From assembly GCA_900088475.1 (NCBI GenBank), contig FLMG01000277.1, positions 1 to 64,000 on the forward strand: DNA of 64,000 nucleotides, written 5' to 3'. Positions 49,221 to 63,037 of the stretch are shown one piece after another. Origin of the DNA: Hyphochytrium catenoides. Lineage: Eukaryota; Protista; Hyphochytriomycota. How positions within the stretch are numbered: position 1 is the stretch's first letter; every line of letters begins with the position of its first letter. Both the position numbers and the translations under genes were made by a program. Below the pieces are notes generated by a model that saw only the letters and a program-made list of their open reading frames with translations, made no database searches and was not told the origin of the DNA.

Positions 49221-52200
49221 CTAGGAGAATGTGGCGAAGATGCCCTGTAGATAAGCGAGTAGTGCCTGGCCCTGATCTTGGCGGTCACTTCTAACACTAA
49301 TACTCAGCACAGCTCGCGCCTTATCAAACATACACTCCATCAGATAGTATGAGCCGCTTAGATCCTGGGCATAGAAAAAGAATTTGAAGTGCGTGCCGAT
49401 GTCGCCAGAGGCCATGGTAAGGACGGCTCTCTGCATGAGAAACTGCTCCAGCTCCGATTGTGCCGGGCATCGTGGTAAGGAGATGTCTGCCTGTCCTGTG
49501 ACCTGGAGTTGGCCCCACTTCATTTGAAAGCTTTGAGCGTCAAGGTGTGGCGCAGGATTGAGCTGTAGAGCTGGTGGCACTGCAGAAGCGAGCGATACAT
49601 ATTAGGGCGGAGAGAGAAGAACACCAAGAGCACATCAAAGACTGTCACCACTAGTGGAGCAGTCGCAATCGGAAGAAATGAAAAACAAGAGTCATATGGC
49701 AGTCAGCGAGAAATGAACAACAGCCAAAAAGAGCAACGTTTACGGCTCCGACAACAGGCTTCAAACAAGCCTCTTTGGCCGCAATTTCAGGAGCAAGTGA
49801 CGGTCCCTCTATCATGACTACTAAAAACTTGCACATTACGGGGTAAAACTGATAAGTTGACAGACCTGGCGGCTGAGGAGATGGCGCTGCCATCAAATCC
49901 AAGTCCAAGAGATTGGCTGCAGGGGCAACGGGAGGGTGATCTGCAACAGGTCCATCTTCCTCATCATATCCTTCCTCATTGTCATAGCCGGGACGAACAT
50001 TTTCCGCAAACTCCGCGGCCTCCTCAGCCATCATTTCCTTGATCTGGTTCTCTTCAGCTATAAAAGTCTCGCTGGGCTTGCCGTATACAATCGCAAGGGA
50101 GTTGAACTCAGAGAAGAGCTTCTCTTTGATGTCGTTGTCCCTCTCCTCTGAAAACATTTCAATGGGTGGCTTCACATAATTAACCACAGCTGCCGCCGCT
50201 TTAACGTCCGATGTAAGAAGCCGATGATAAAGGAGAGCGCGATCACGGATCTCTGTGTCTGTACTGTCGTTGATGGCCGTAAAGAGAAGCCGCCCAAGCA
50301 TGGCTTGAACCTCGCCCGGTCGCTTAAAGAAGAGCTACGGTCGCAGGTATTGACACAAAGAAAAACGGCCGCAGTAAGAGATAGGTCAACCGTTAGCTTC
50401 GTGGAACCAACGTGACTTCTTAACCGACCGTTGATGTGACTAATTCATCTAGCAAAGCGACTTCTTCGCCCCCCTGCTCTTCTTTTGCTCTTTCCTTACA
50501 CCTTCTCCTCTCCCCCGCCCCGTCTTCTACTAGATAAGTAGTAATAATAGTGGTGGGACCTGGCACCGTCCATCCCACTCCTATTAGCCTAAGTTCTCAC
50601 CTTCATCGTGGCGGTGAGCAGCTCTAAACATATAATTGTTGATGTCTCATCCACAAAGGAGTCAATAAGAGGCTCCAACAAGTATGGCGCGCTCCTAAAG
50701 GAACAGGCGGAGTGAAGATTAAAGAATGAAAACGTCATTGGTGTGTTGAGAGGACGCTTCTTTTGAAGTGGATGTAGGACAGAGCAAGTGGTAGGAAGTC
50801 AACCAGCAGGACTCAGTATGGAGAAGAGAACCATCACAGGTGAAGGTACACATACTTCACATCTTCGCCGAATTCTCCCATCATCCATATCACGGCCGCC
50901 TTGCCTTCCGGGTCGTCAACCTTTTTAAGTGCTTTCTGCAGTGGGAGAGAAGTAATGAATAGGAAAGACTCTTGTGAGCACTCTGACATGCTGTCTGCGC
51001 GCCAGATCTGCTCTGTGTACAAATCGCTGTGTCTGTCTCTGCCTTCCTGTCTCTTCCTGAACCTTTTCTAAACCCGAGAAAGCCCTCTCTACCTCAGTAT
51101 GAAGGCCATGTCTTCCTGACCATGCCTGTACATAGCAAGGACGTAGTGTCTCTAGCTTGCTACTCTCTGGCCATCTCTTGAGCCACTTTTCCTGTCGCTT
51201 TCACCTAAACGGGGTTCCTGTGTCGTCTTCGCTGGATACTTACCGATACTATTGGCAGCACGTCGTGCTTATCTTCTGGATATTTCCTCAAAAGGTCCTT
51301 CATGACCTTCATAGTCTCCGCCTTGACATAGTCCACATCCATCTCTAAAAAGTCTAGCAGGAGATCAAAGATTTGCTGCGCAGAGCTCTCAATGCGCACA
51401 GCAATCAGGGCAATAGCACGAATGGCCCTGCAGAAGGAAAGAGTACGAGCTGAGCCAACGTTTAGAGATCTCACTAGCAAATATCATGCTCTCCGTTAAG
51501 GCGTTCTAATCACAAGCAGCCTTTAAGATGTATCAGCGAAGCCACCTCGTCCTTGCAACCACGCTTCCGTTCTTCCTTCGTTAAGCGATTTATCATGTTC
51601 AGTCTTATTCTTACCTTCTGGAGAGCTCTTGGTCAATGCCTTGCACGTACTCACTTAGCTCCTGGAGAATGTCGTTGACATTCTCCTCATTTGCCACATT
51701 TGAGAGCAGTTCAATCTTACAGTACTTCACGTGGCTTGGCTCATTGTACCGCGTGTAGAACTGCCTGTACTCATCATCAAATACTCCTGGCTGCCTCTGG
51801 ACCATGTGCTCAATGTAATGGAGAACGACATAAGTGAGTTCCGAGCTTCCCCCGGCCATTAGAGTAAGCAGAGGTTGCTTGAGACGCTGGTGCACCTGAG
51901 AAATATGAGGACAAGAATGCCTTCAGTCAAACCTTTGAAATGGTAGCTGTAAGCCCTTACACTCTACTACATTCTACCTTCAATTTCCCTTCGCAGTTCG
52001 AAATGTCATAGAGTTCTGTCACATACCACCATTTCCACTATTCCTTTGGTTCATCTGGATTATAGAAACGTACCTGCCAATGAAAGTCCGGCATTCCCTC
52101 TGTAAGGTTGAGGAAGCACTTGGTTGCAGCTAACACGACTGCCGAGTTTGATACTCTAAGGCATGTCTCTAGAATGTTCATGATGTTGAAGGTCTCATCC

Positions 52201-53747
52201 TGGTTACTAGGCTTGTATCTGGCTACCAGGCCTAGAAGGACACACTGTCCCCATTCATTGAATTCTACAATGCGGTTGAGCAGGTGCGTGATGATCTGTG
52301 TGTTGATAGCCATGCCACCCTCATCTGCCATGATCTCGTTGAGGGCGATAATGCAGTTCGTAACGACGTGTGTGTCTCTATCCCTCAGCATGTTATATAG
52401 CGTATCCACCATCTCTGTGTCCTTCACAAGGTCTGGATTGAGTCCATATACCTTCAGGATACCCATCACACCAGTCTTCCGCACATAGGCGCTGGAGTCT
52501 GTCAGGGAGGCCTGAAGAGGATCTTGAATGTACTCAAGAATGGATTCCAGCCGGAGAGAGCAGAGAGATCGAAGAGCAAGCCCACGAACCATAGGATCCT
52601 CATTGCGGCTATGGGTGAAGACGGTCATCGCAAGCGCAGTGGAGGAGAGCGTTGACAGGAATCAATCACAAAGGGAATGAGAGAGAAAGGAGTGACAGAC
52701 GAAAACCATGTTAGTCGACAAACAACCGAGCCAAAGCTGCAGTCAGAGTGCAATGAAGTAAGGCCACGAATTTTCTAGTCCTTTCAACATCTTGGCCTTT
52801 CAGAATGAGAGACTCGCCAACTAAGAAAGCAAAGAGCACTTCCGCTCATTCCTTCTGGTGAATGGCAGGACCAGTGACAGCGAAGCAAGAGGGGGTAGCG
52901 AACGAAGGATATTGAACAGCAGAAGGGGGTATTAAGAGCTACATAGAACAGAGACGCATCGACAGACATAATGAGATAGCTTGGATGGAAGGTACTCACC
53001 AGTCTGTGAGAAGAGTGTTAATACAGAGAATCGCCAGGTCAGAGTTGGTCGCTGCATAGTTGGTAAGGTACTGATAGACCATCTTCTTGAGCACCATGTC
53101 CTTCGTGTCCACACACATCACCATCTCACTGAACAGGCGGGAGACATCAATGCCCAAGGTCATGTAAGCGATTACTTTCTTCACGATGTCGCGCTTTCGT
53201 TTCTGGTCCTTCTCCACGCTGATATTTCGAAGCAACTGGCAAATGCAAAAGACAGCAGGGAACCAAAGACAGGTATATTCACGTTAGCAGAGAGGCGGAA
53301 AGCGCGAAGGAGAAGAGCAGGCCCCAGACATTCTAAGTAGTGACAAAAGCAGAGATATGATACCCGAAAGACCAAGGAAAGGACGGCCAAGATGCGTTCA
53401 ATGTTGCCATGGCACTAGGGAGGAGAGACCGGAATACAAGGAGAGATAGGAATAGAGGATAATGATAGAAGAGAGAAGCCGTAGTGAAAGAGACTGCTCT
53501 AACTGAGACGAAAAGGAGCCATGTAAGGTCCTAGCAGACGGAGAGGAGGCATTGCTGGTAAGAGGGTACAAGAGCCTTGATGCCGTCCCAGCTATAGGCT
53601 GACAGGTAGTCCAAGCAAGCGTACATTCTTTAGCTCATTAACTTCTCCCTTCTTATGATCTGTGAAGTACGCAGGTCTCTTGGCTGCATCGCCCCCGGAA
53701 GGACCTCCGGGCATGCCCGACGGCCCTGACTTGGTCTTAACTGGCAT
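49221..53747 (-). CDS. AP4B1: Adaptor protein complex beta subunit, AP-4 beta type, multi-exon
   Basis: YFTDHKKGEVNELK; KKVIAYMTLGIDVSRLF; EDPMVRGLALRSLCSLR; YRQFYTRYNEPSHVKYCKIELL (beta-4 signature); KAAVIWMMGEFG; EIRDRALLYHRLL; EFNSLAIVYGKP; short hinge and a single C-terminal appendage subdomain (FQMKWGQL..MASG..FKFFFYAQ). Confidence 0.92.
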
Positions 53748-54637
53748 CTTGCCTGAAGCACCGAGTTCAAGAAGCGAAGGTCACATTAGCTTTGAGAATG
53801 AGGCCATAAGGATGGACTAAAGACTGAAGCTTCGAAGTAGCAGAAGTAGACCGTGCGAAGTATACACTCAAAAAAGGACGGTTTGGTGACCTTGTAACGA
53901 AAAGCTATCCTGGAGGTCCTTAGCCCAGTGTCCAGCTATTCAAACCCTGTCCTTGCAGACAGTGCAACAAGCTCCCACGCTAACTATCTTAGTGAGTCCC
54001 GCTGCCAGCAGCAAGCAAATGACAATGACCAGCGCTCCTGCAGAGACCAGCTCTACCTTCTTGCACCCTGGTCATGGCCGCAATGAGCTCAATCAGATCA
54101 TCAGATCTCATTTGTCTTGAGAGCTTTGAGAGAAGCACCAAAGAGCCGAAGAGCTCCCACTATCATCAAAGATATGCCGATGCCGGGTGGAATTCAGAAT
54201 ACACTAAAGTTGGGGCGACTCACTCTTAGGCCTATTATTACAGTTATTATCACTATTTTACTAACTTAATGTCTCATCATGAATCGTATTACTAGGTTCA
54301 CCCGCTTCTAAATAGTATGCAAGATATTTAGGATTGGCGCCCTTTATATGTTTGGAATTAATTCTATTCTTCTATCTTGCGTCCTGCCCTTGAGAGACGC
54401 AAGCACTCCAGAGCGTCAGCGGAACCATCATCATCGTCAGTTCTTTGCCTGATGACAGGCAACAGTCTGGCGAGCGTTTGATGACTGATGAAAAATGCTA
54501 GCGGTCTATCTCAGGCACTAGCTATGCTGGCAGCAGCGTGCGACTCTCTGTTAGCACCTGCTTCCATGAGAGCAGCTCTTCGTAGGGCAATGCCAGCCAA
54601 CCTCTAGGGGATCATGCGTAGAAGGACGAGAATCCTC

Positions 54638-57341
54638 TCACTCATCGCATCCACCTCTTCCTTGGTTGCTCTCTCGCGCAGACCTGTCCCAGGCTTTGTC
54701 TTTTTCATAGCTTCTGATGTGCGGGATAACGATATCAAGCAACCATTTCGTGACCTCCTCCGCTGTAAAGGTCCTGTCACCTCTGCGAACAGCTTCTCTT
54801 AGCTGGAGCAACAAGGTGAAGTCTAGTGCGCGACCAATATCAGACTTGTGGAAGGTACCGACGAAAGGCGCTTGCTGTACGCGGGCAAAAATCTCCTTTC
54901 CATTGAGAATTGGAGCTTGCCAGGCCACTGCTGTTGACAGACTTTCTTGATGTGAGAAGATCAGTGCTTCCAGCTGTTCTTTGCATTGCGCCTCCGTGGG
55001 AAGAACGCCTAGCTTCGAGGCAGTGCTAGCCCAGATAGAGCACAGAGCCACAGGGGCGTACCCACGGAATTGTCTTGACCAGACACCCCATAGAGCCGCA
55101 GAAAGCTCACTCGGTGAGCCTAGTTCTTGGCACACGTCTTCCACCCAGCTTTCTATGGTACAGCTGTCGGCCGCCTTCGCCCGACTGCTCTCCAGAAGTC
55201 TAGCGGGACATAGAGATGAAGCGACCGCTACACTGGCCGCCGAAGCAGCGATCTTCTTGGTTAGTTTGAGCCCCACGGTGTAAGTACTATTCCCTGTCTT
55301 AGTTGTCCGCAAGAGAGATTTCCTGGTAGAGGCCATATACTCCTCACCAAGCAGAAAGAGTTCCTTCAGCCCCATTGAGGAAGACATATGCACCTTAAGC
55401 GATGCGGTGTCCGCGCTAGTGGCAAGGGATACGAAACGATGTGAGACACGGGGACTGGCACGAGATACCGCGGTTATAGGCTATGTTTTGAAAGAAGTCA
55501 CGTCTAAGGGCACCGAAAAGTGGAGCTTTCCCTTGCAGGCATCGGAACATAGCTAGATTGAGTCATCACTGAGGAATGGAGACAGAAGGCACAGCGCCGC
55601 ATATCAGAAAGCTTTACCTTTGGTCGGCTACTGGCCTTAGCACGGCAGCGAACTTAGCGTTTGGAAGCTCTTCATTGTTCCACCGAATGGCCTGATCTAA
55701 GCACTGAACCTCTTGAATAACCTCCTCCCAACGAGCTGCGTTATTAATATGCCTGCAACGCCAGCGGATATAGCATTAGACGACGTAGCCAGAGGATGTC
55801 ACAGCTGCTCACAGTGACGCACTGAAGGTCTAAAAAGATAATAGGAAGAAGTCCCATGTCTCGGAACCAAGAGAGGGCAGCGGACGTCTTGGATTGTGCG
55901 TGGAACATCTTTTCAACCTGCCGACAAAAGTTAGAGCGTGGTTGCTTCTCTCGGGACTGCTATTTCACATAGTTTCTTCTGACAGTGCCTTTCGTCCATT
56001 CTGGGGACAATTACCTCTATGCCGTACCGCTCCCGGCTGACCTTATGCCGCAGCTCTTCATGCAGAGAGGGATCCGAAGCTGCCTGGAAGAAGACCGCAT
56101 TATGTTAGGGTGTAAGAAGAGGATCCGGAAGAGGATAAACAGCTGCGGCATTGAAGCGGCTGTGCTTCCGACTATGTCACCTACGCTACCACTCTCTACC
56201 TTACTTACTCTCTCGCCACCTCGCAGCACTTCTATGAATCCTATCTCGCTTAGCATAGACACTCTCCCTTACTTCCAAGATTTCGTTATCCAGACTGAGG
56301 TTGTAACGACTGGCGAAGCGCACTGCCCTTAAAGCTCTAAGAGGATCATCCTTGAAGGTCTCTGCTGCCGGGAGTGGGGTTCTTATTATTCTCTTCTTCA
56401 AATCCGACAGCCCCTAGAGGAGTAGGGAGTGAGAGATAAAACCGAGACGCGACCCATGATAAGGGTTCGTTGAGGTGTCTGGGTAAGGATGATGTGGAAG
56501 GGCTGGGATATGGGAAGAAACGAAGGAACTAACAGACTGGTCTCCATGAGAACCAGACTTAGGTTACCTGGCCCGTATAGTCCTCAACGACTCCTTCAGA
56601 GAGGTTATAGAACATTGCATTGACCGTGAAATCTCGCCGCCGGGCGTCCTGTTCCACAGTCCCCTGCGCAACCTTCGTTGGAACCCGGGTCCCTGCAGCG
56701 TAGTCTTCGGTTCTTAGCTGGACAAAGTCTAGGGCGAACCCGTCTACTGTCATACAGGCCGTCTCTAGGTGCTTGGACTGAACCATAGAGTCCCGGGGCA
56801 GCGTCAAAGAGAACAAGACAGGCCATCAGTCGAGCGAGAGTCAGGCATTGTGCACTGAGGTGAATAGAGAAAAGAGAAAAGATTTGAGCCCCAATCTATC
56901 GATATGAGATCATGATGAGTAAGAACCGGTCGCTGTAGGTCACTGCACCTGTGAAGGATTCTTTCTGACTATTCCAAATCCACTTTCACGCTTCGAATGG
57001 CTCTTCCTAAGATAGTCGGCGAACAGGGAAGCAAACTCAGCTCCGCTCAATCTATCTACGACCAGGTCGATGTCGGTGGAAGAGATGCCGAGCAGCTTAT
57101 TGCGAACCCAGCCTCCCGCAACTCGAACAGTAGCTTGCGGACAGCATTGTCGACGAGCATGCTCCAGTTTACTGAAAAGCTCTTTCTCTGCCGATGTGAG
57201 AGAAACTGTCGCTGCTGTTACGGATGACACCGAAGAGGAAGCATAAGAAAGGCCACGACGTCGTTGAAGAACCCTCTGCGCCCAGATCTGCGCAATCGTT
57301 GTGGACTGCCACAGTCGATGATGGGATGCCTGCAACACCAT
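54638..57341 (-). CDS. Class II tRNA nucleotidyltransferase (CCA1-like) / poly(A) polymerase head family, multi-exon
   Basis: RVAGGWVRNKLLGISSTDIDLVV (motif A); NPSQ/SKHLETACM; LDFVQLRTEDY..TRVP; DARRRDFTVNAMFYN (motif B); TFKDDPLRALRAVRFASR (motif D); KVSRERYGIE/VEKM (motif E); PILNGKEI. Transit-peptide-like N-terminus. Confidence 0.9.
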
Positions 57342-57534
57342 CTTTTCCCTCCTTTCTTAGGTCCTAAGTCACCAATCCTGTTCTCCAGCAGGCCAATCGC
57401 GCGTTCAATGACTCTAAACTTCGGCAGGGAGGTGGTGGTGGTCCCTGACCTCGCTGCGCAGTGCTGCTTCCGCCGGCCTAGGCCGTCCGGCATGGCAAAC
57501 AGGACTGAGCTCGTGAACTGCTGGGAGCTTCTCA

Positions 57535-57623
57535 NNNNNNNNNNNNNNNNNNNNNNNNNNNNNNNNNNNNNNNNNNNNNNNNNNNNNNNNNNNNNNNNNN
57601 NNNNNNNNNNNNNNNNNNNNNNN
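57535..57623. other. Assembly gap (N run)
   Basis: Run of n. Confidence 1.
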
Positions 57624-58210
57624 CAGGTATCGTAAGGGGTTCAAGGTGGCAAATATGGGTCCATAAAGGAAACAATCTCCTTACGAAACCCGGGCTTTGT
57701 GGGCGAGATCTGGGTGGGACTTGTGAAGCCTTATTTTCGGGCCAAATCTTTTTGTTGATGATGATGAAGATTTGATGATGATGAGAATGAGAGCTTCGGC
57801 TGATGACTCGCCGCTTCTGCTAACTAAGAGCACGGCAAGAGCGGGGCCCTGTCCATACGGTTCTATTACTTACTGCTTATGTGCTGGTGATAGCGTTTAT
57901 ACCGGGGAAGGGAGTACTATGATCAAGATGTACGTGTACTAAGTGAGTCGTGTCATCCTTCGTCCAACAAAGACAGTCTTACAGAGGCTAGGCAGCAAAC
58001 AATCATCGTCATTTTGCTCGAGACGGAGACAGGTAAGGTCCATAACGACATATAAATAATTTATCAAAAAAAGCATAAGATCCACTTGTCATTGGCGGCT
58101 GTGTAGCTAAAGTTCCGCCTTCTAGTCCTTTGCTAGTGACACTTCTCAGTCAAGCGACACCTTTTTAAACTGCAGTCCAAATCCCTTTTAAGTGAACTGC
58201 CGTTCATTTC

Positions 58211-61200
58211 TTACCATGTCTGTCCAGGAGGGGGTAATGGCGGAGCACTCATTCCAGGAGCATATATTCCTATGGGCTGCCGTCCAGCTTGCAAAGGAGG
58301 AGCATTGGAAGCGGACGAAGGAAGGGGTGGGGGGTCAGGAGGAAGAGGTGGAGGCAGCGGGACAATATCCATTGGTCCTTGTCTGTCTGACTCAAGGGTC
58401 TTCTTCTACAGTACAGGCAAAAGAAGAGGACGGCGGTATCAGACAATGGAAGAAAAGAAAGTAGGAGACGAAGGCCTCTGATACCTTCAATCGTTTCCTT
58501 CCACCCTTCTTGCTTTTTCCTTCTCCCGTGGAAGTCCTAATGCGCTCCAGCGCCGAGTTGTCTTTGTCTTCTGTTACCGAGGAGCTGGCCTTCCCCTTCC
58601 CTTTCTTCTGTTTCTTAAGTGTACCCTCTCTGGATTCTTTGCCCTTGCGACTTGCCTTCCCGTGCTCAGTTCTTCTGGGCATGCTATGCTCGGAGACCCC
58701 TATTGTGAGCTCTCTCGACCTAGAGTCAGGGTAGTCGTCCTGCTGGCTCCCTTCTTCTGAACTAAACTCCTTGGGTTGGCGTCTCCTCCCTTTTTCCGCC
58801 GCCTTTAGCAGCTTCTCTTTCCGAGGCCCACTCTTCTCGCTCTTGATTTGCTCAAGCTCTAATCTCAGCCGGCGAAGTCTTTCGTAGGAGGCCTCTAGTG
58901 CCTCATCCACTTGCCTTGACCTTTCCTCCTCATTGTCTTCTGCTAAGTCCTCCGTACGCTCTACCCTCGAGGTTCTCTTTGACTCTTCTAGCTCTACACA
59001 TTGACAATGCGAAAAGTCACACCCAGAGAAACATGATGCAAGCAACAACCGCAATACCTGGTATCTGATATGGGGTCTCTCCTACATCTGCATCATCACG
59101 CTCAAGAGCTCCCTTGAAAGCCCCGGGTTTGTCCACTATTCCATCTTCGTTCACGGGTTTCTCTTCAATGATATGGGAGCCCACTCCACTCAATGAGAGC
59201 CCACTAACCCCAGAAGTTAGAAGCGTTTTGGACTCCGTCTTTCGATTCTGGCCCTCCTCCTTACCAGAAGCTGCTATTTCGTTGCCCACCACGGCCCTGT
59301 TGGCGGAGAGAAGCTTTGGATAAGAGGAGAGAGGCATGTTCTTCGGACGTTTTCCGCAACTCTGGCAGAAGTGCAAACAAAGGCCACGGCCCCAAGAGAA
59401 GAAGAACATGAGCTAGAGAGAGAGAGAGATCGGTCAGAGAGAAGGAGAAAGTCATGCGGACAGGAGGTTGCAGCGACACACGAACACTAATAGCTATTGA
59501 TGCCCTTCACCTTGGCCCAGATGGGAACGGGTAATATGGATACTGAGGAGGCGGCACGGCTGGGTAGGGCTGTCCACCAGGATGGCCTTCTGGCAGTTGA
59601 CCTGGCTGCAGGTGTGGAGGTGGAGGATAGTAGTAATACCAGGGAGGAGGATAGTAAGGGAAGGGAGATGGAGCTATTGCTTGCTCGTTCTGTAAGACTG
59701 GCGCTTCTGGTGGTTCCTGTCTTTCGACGCTTTGTTTTTCTTCAACATTCTTGTCTTTGGCAGTGCCTGCCCGGTGTCGCTGCTTCTGGGGATTTTCCTT
59801 TCTCCCCTCGTTCTTCTCCAGAGACTTCTCTTCTCTGCCTGAATGCTTCCCCTCCTCCGCTCCCCTGGGCGTCTTGCGTTCCTTGCGTATCGGATCCCTT
59901 CGGCGACGAGAAGAGGCGGCACCGAGTAAAATAACCTCATCATCATCAGAGGGGAGGGATGGAGCGCTTGTTTCACTCTTATTCCCAGTCTTTTTGGCAC
60001 TAGTATCAAAGCTGATAACGCTGTCGCTGTCACGCTTGTAACGGAGAGGACTGCGCGAAGAACTTTCAACGCCATCCATTCGTCCTTTAGTGTTCGCTGT
60101 CTCTCTGCCACTGTCAGAGAACACAAGGGGCCCCGAGCCCTCTTTTGCAGTGTCGCTATCCCAGTATCTGTCATTAGCTCGATACTTGTACCACCTCTCT
60201 CTATCCTCTCTTTCTTCTTTTTCCTGTCGGCTATCTCTTCCTCTCGCATAGTTTCGATCTATATCTTCCTCATAGGCGCTACCTGGGCTGCGCAGTCGTC
60301 GAGGAGAAAAAGCATATTTCGGATGGTAGCTCCTCTCATCGTCATAGTCATAGCTGTCTCGCTCCCAATCTCTGGAAGTAGCCCAATCTTGTCTTCTTTC
60401 AGGCCACCCTCGGTATTCATCGTAGGCTCTACTCTCTTTCTCTCGGTAGCTGGGAGGTTCCCATGCTCCATGCTCATAATAATCTTCATAAGAGTCATGG
60501 TAGTCTCTTCCAGTGGCGGAGCTGGGGTAGTGTTGCTGTAAGTCCTCTCTCTCTCTCTGGTACTCCACAGGAGGATGACATCTATCCTTCTGCGCAGGTT
60601 CCTCCCAATCTTCGTCTTCCTTATAGCGCATGCTGCTATCATTATAGTGCTCGGGTTCGTCCTCCGACCCTTCCAAACTGGGAGAGGCAGAAGTAGTGTC
60701 TCTCTTCTCAGCAATATCAAATCCTTGAGAGCTTTCTGCCCTTCCTGGCCGATCTAGCATTGCACTTGAGGAAGAATCAGGGTGCCCAGTCTTCCTCAAT
60801 TCCTTTGGTCCGACTTCAGAGGCTGAAGGTGCCTGGAAAGGCATTTCACATCCCTTCGGTGATATAGGAAATAGGCCCTCTACATCTTGTTCGGTGCATT
60901 GCTCGAGTGCCTGAGAGAGCGGGGTGGCGGTCTCTACAGCGATCCCTAGAACGCAAAGGACGGCAGTACGAGTCCAAGACATGAAAGAAAGAGGGAGTGA
61001 TGGTGAGACAAACGAAGGCAAAAGTCGCAACGGGGGACAGAGAGAGAGAGAGAGTATATGGGGAAACATTATTTTGAGGATAGGCTTTTCAACTTTAACA
61101 GAACGATCTAACGAAGATTATGGAGATTTATCACCATTACCTTTAGAGTCATTTTCTCCTCTTCTAACTGCTTGCTCTGAACCAAGCCGTTCTGATGGTT

Positions 61201-61713
61201 CTCTTTGAAGAGCTGTATACAAAGCCGCAAGCCATTGTCGTTTGTCGTCTTCTGTGGCGGCAGAGCACTGAAATAGTTTGCGCCCCTTTGCTTGCAGGGC
61301 GAAGCTGTGAGGATAGACATGAAATTTGCCTTTGCCGTCCCAAGGGAGGATCGCCTCGATTGTGTGGCAAGAAAGGTAACGACCCTCCGCAAAATCGTGC
61401 TTCGTCTTGTAGGAGAGGAGCTGTGGGCCCCGCAGTGCGCAGTATCGCGCCGTCCTACGAGGTCATCAACGGTGTTAAGGCTCAGGCCGAGAAGATAGAG
61501 ATCGAAGAATGAAAGCAGCAAGCTGGTTTGGATGGAGAAGTGGGAAGGGCGGGTGGTAGCAGACATCAATCCTCGGTCACGAATAGGACGATGAGGTGAC
61601 AGGTCAACCTTGACTGTGTTTCACATAGATCGCCCAGCGTGGGCATTCACTTACATAACTGGCACTGTCGCCCCTCGCTTCAGAAGAGGTCCATGCATGG
61701 AAATATTCATCAT
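58211..61713 (-). CDS. N-terminal PH-domain protein with a long disordered R/D/E-rich and Pro/Tyr-rich tail, multi-exon
   Basis: Spliced N-terminus MMNISMHGPLLKRGATVPVM/TARYCALRGPQLLSYKTKHDF...YPHSFALQAKGRKLFQCSAATEDDKRQWLAALYTAL is a PH fold (GxLxK, terminal helix with the conserved W). Downstream exons join via GT-AG and end in poly-Pro ...PPLPPPGQTW*. The PH frame is not in the ORF track. Confidence 0.8.
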
Positions 61714-62964
61714 CGCCGATGGCGCTTCGTTACCTTGGCTAGTCATTCCTCCTCTTTGGCACTAGTCCTTCAAGCTCTTTTGGGCAGTCGATGCAGAGGC
61801 AAAAGCCGTAATGGCCGTCATCTAAGCACATACCCACCATGGGTATGCCTATGGGGGCTTTAGGGTATAAGACTCATTGCGATGGTAAGCTGATTACGCC
61901 GCTCCTAACCCACAGACAGGGTTTTGATGTTTGCCCGGAGCTCTGCCAATCGTTTGTCTGCGATGCACAGTGCCATTGCTTACGCAGCAGCACATGGGAA
62001 TGGATGACCTTGGTCGTGGTGAGCTCTGCATCTTCTGCATCTTCTTCCAGTGTCAGAGCCTCCAATGCTGACACGACGCGGCTGTTATTGATCGCCATAT
62101 TGGTAGCTGAGAAACATAGGGATGCAGCCAGATAACTCGCAATTATCGTCTGCTTTACCATAGAAAACCATAAATCTGGGGCTTGGAGACTTAATTCGAC
62201 AATGTGGGCGATATTACATGCCTTATTCTAGGGCTTTAAATGTTAAAAGTCTCTTAGAATCGGGAGGGATGACGGTAGTTTCCCTTTGCCCAATATCAAA
62301 CGCGGTAAGATCTTGTCTTGCACTCAGGAAGGCTCTGCAGCCGTGACAAGAATTCTACTGTATTATGTAGTTCTATGGGTCGGGAGACCAGCGATGGTCT
62401 GTCATACCAAAGGGCGCTTGGCGGAAATGCCTAGTAGAGCTGCTAGTAGGAGAATCGAACAATTGACTCTCATGGTGGTCAATCCCTCTTCTCCTGGTCT
62501 CGCCTCTCTCTTCAGCCTGTCTTATCGTCCTTTCCCTGAGTTGCCATAACTAATAGAGAACCCAATTGCCAATTGCCTACTACCACGCGCGAACTATCTA
62601 CCTGCACACCGCACCATTGAGCCACTCCGCCTGGCACATCATGGCGCCCGATCGTAGCGATCACGCCATTATTGGTCCCATCAGGGCATTCGGAGACGAG
62701 GCTAGCACCAGCAACACCGGGCAGATCTGATCGAGGTTCGAGGAGAAAGATGAAGCAGCTTGATGTTTCAGGCACCTTTGACCTTCCCTTACAGTACTTC
62801 CCAATCAAGTTACCAGCACTCTGCCACTCTTGCCAAGCTCGTAGGTCATTCCTAATAGGACTGCACTAAATTCGCACTAAAATTAATTCAGGAATACCGA
62901 TCCGGAATGGTGTCACGTCGGTTACTGACATGCTTTTGGTGTTTGTTGAAAGCAGAAGAGCAAG

Positions 62965-63037
62965 NNNNNNNNNNNNNNNNNNNNNNNNNNNNNNNNNNNN
63001 NNNNNNNNNNNNNNNNNNNNNNNNNNNNNNNNNNNNN
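62965..63037. other. Assembly gap (N run)
   Basis: Run of n. Confidence 1.

Noticed and set aside
54440-54510. CTGATGA words suggesting a hammerhead ribozyme
   Set aside because: No stem II followed by GAAA and no stem III/UH arrangement.
61874-62808. Short minus-strand ORFs upstream of the PH gene
   Set aside because: No recognisable motifs or consistent splice structure.
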